Of a DNA stretch of 37,455 bases, positions 36,415-37,455 are shown one piece after another. Position 1 is the stretch's first letter; every line of letters begins with the position of its first letter. The translations under genes and the position numbers were made by a program. The notes beneath the pieces were generated by a model. The model ran no database searches. It worked only from the letters and a program-made list of their open reading frames with translations, and was not told where the DNA came from. Origin of the DNA: a virus; UHGV virus genome UHGV-0248180; one strand, given 5' to 3'.

Positions 36415-37374
36415 ATGATTACTGTAAATGAAAAAGAACACATTCTTGAACAGAAATATCGTCCATCTACTATCGATGAATGTATTCTTCCCGCCTTTGA
36501 TAAAGAAACCTTTAAATCTATTACAAGTAAAGGTAAGATTCCACATATTATTCTTCATTCTCCTTCTCCAGGAACAGGTAAAACAACTGTAGCAAAAGCA
36601 TTATGTCATGACGTAAATGCTGATATGATGTTCGTGAATGGGTCAGATTGTAAAATTGATTTCGTTCGTGGTCCTTTGACTAATTTTGCCAGTGCAGCTT
36701 CATTTGATGGTCGTCAAAAAGTAATCGTTATTGATGAATTTGACCGTTCAGGGTTAGCAGAGTCTCAGCGACATCTTCGTTCCTTTATGGAAGCTTATAG
36801 TTCAAACTGTAGTATTATTATTACTGCTAACAATATTGATGGTATTATTAAACCACTTCAGTCACGCTGCCGAGTTATTACATTCGGTCAACCGACCGAT
36901 GAAGATAAAATTGAAATGATGAAGCAGATGATTCGTCGATTGACTGAAATCTGCAAGCGTGAAGGAATTGCTATAGCTGATATGAAAGTTGTAGCAGCTT
37001 TGGTTAAAAAGAATTTTCCTGATTTTCGTAAAACTATTGGCGAGCTCGATAGTTATTCATCTAAAGGTGTTTTGGATGCTGGTATTTTATCACTGGTTAC
37101 TAACGATCGTGGTGCTATTGATGATGTTCTTGAGTCTCTCAAAAATAAAGATGTTAAACAACTCAGAGCTTTAGCACCAAAATATGCAGCCGATTATTCG
37201 TGGTTCGTGGGTAAACTTGCCGAAGAAATCTATTCACGTGTAACTCCACAGAGTATTATTCGTATGTACGAAATTGTCGGCGAAAATAATCAGTATCATG
37301 GTATTGCAGCTAACACTGAATTACATTTAGCTTATCTTTTCATTCAATTAGCATGTGAAATGCAGTGGAAGTGA
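36415..37374 (+). CDS. 44: gp44 clamp-loader ATPase subunit (319 aa)
   Basis: Walker A SPSPGTGKTT, SRC motif; matches T4 gp44; GAGGA RBS before ATG 36415 (track start 36400 is TTG). Confidence 0.97.
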   Translation: MITVNEKEHILEQKYRPSTIDECILPAFDKETFKSITSKGKIPHIILHSPSPGTGKTTVAKALCHDVNADMMFVNGSDCKIDFVRGPLTNFASAASFDGRQKVIVIDEFDRSGLAESQRHLRSFMEAYSSNCSIIITANNIDGIIKPLQSRCRVITFGQPTDEDKIEMMKQMIRRLTEICKREGIAIADMKVVAALVKKNFPDFRKTIGELDSYSSKGVLDAGILSLVTNDRGAIDDVLESLKNKDVKQLRALAPKYAADYSWFVGKLAEEIYSRVTPQSIIRMYEIVGENNQYHGIAANTELHLAYLFIQLACEMQWK

Positions 37375-37375
37375 T

Positions 37376-37455
37376 ATGAGCTTATTTGAAGATGATATTC
37401 AATTAAACGAGCATCAAGTTGCTTGGTATTCAAAAGATTGGACAGCTGTCCAATC
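37376..37455 (+). CDS. 62: gp62 clamp-loader small subunit, 5' partial (continues past window end)
   Basis: MSLFEDDIQLNEHQVAWYSKDWTAVQ matches the T4 gp62 N-terminus from memory; ATG 37376 one nt after gene 44 stop. Confidence 0.85.
   Translation, partial: MSLFEDDIQLNEHQVAWYSKDWTAVQ

Noticed and set aside
36052-36558. 168-aa minus-strand ORF antisense to gene 45/44
   Set aside because: Antisense to highly conserved replication genes; no independent support.

Overview
This window is a contiguous early/middle gene region of a T4-like (T-even) myovirus, with every supported gene on the + strand. Identifications rest on protein sequences recognised from memory and on motifs read in the translations; no database search was run. 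Recognised core genes, in order: Nudix hydrolase nudE/e.1, lysozyme e, two capsid-targeted internal proteins, a GrcA-like glycyl-radical cofactor, regB, a secreted lytic transglycosylase, a macro-domain protein, tk, rI, nrdC, pin, gene 49 (endonuclease VII), nrdD, nrdG, an nrdH-like redoxin, gene 55, a-gt, 47, 46, rpbA, 45, 44 and the start of 62. Between these lie dense runs of small, AT-rich accessory ORFs, many overlapping by ATGA/TAATG, punctuated by T4-type early promoters (GTTTAC-N18-TGnTAYAAT), MotA-box middle promoters, TATAAATA late promoters and UUCG-tetraloop hairpin terminators. No tRNA, CRISPR array, intron or homing endonuclease was detected. Compared with T4 as I recall it, nrdD is uninterrupted, denV is absent and the internal-protein genes have different lengths, so this looks like a T4 relative rather than T4 itself. 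The best candidates for undescribed biology are a nucleotidyltransferase plus AAA+ ATPase module (13994-16088) and an array of four diverged paralogs with coiled-coil tails (17551-21510), both in the tk-nrdC accessory region. Secondary candidates are the internal-protein cassette, the denV-locus replacement, the macro-domain gene, several small paralog families and an inverted repeat at the window edge.
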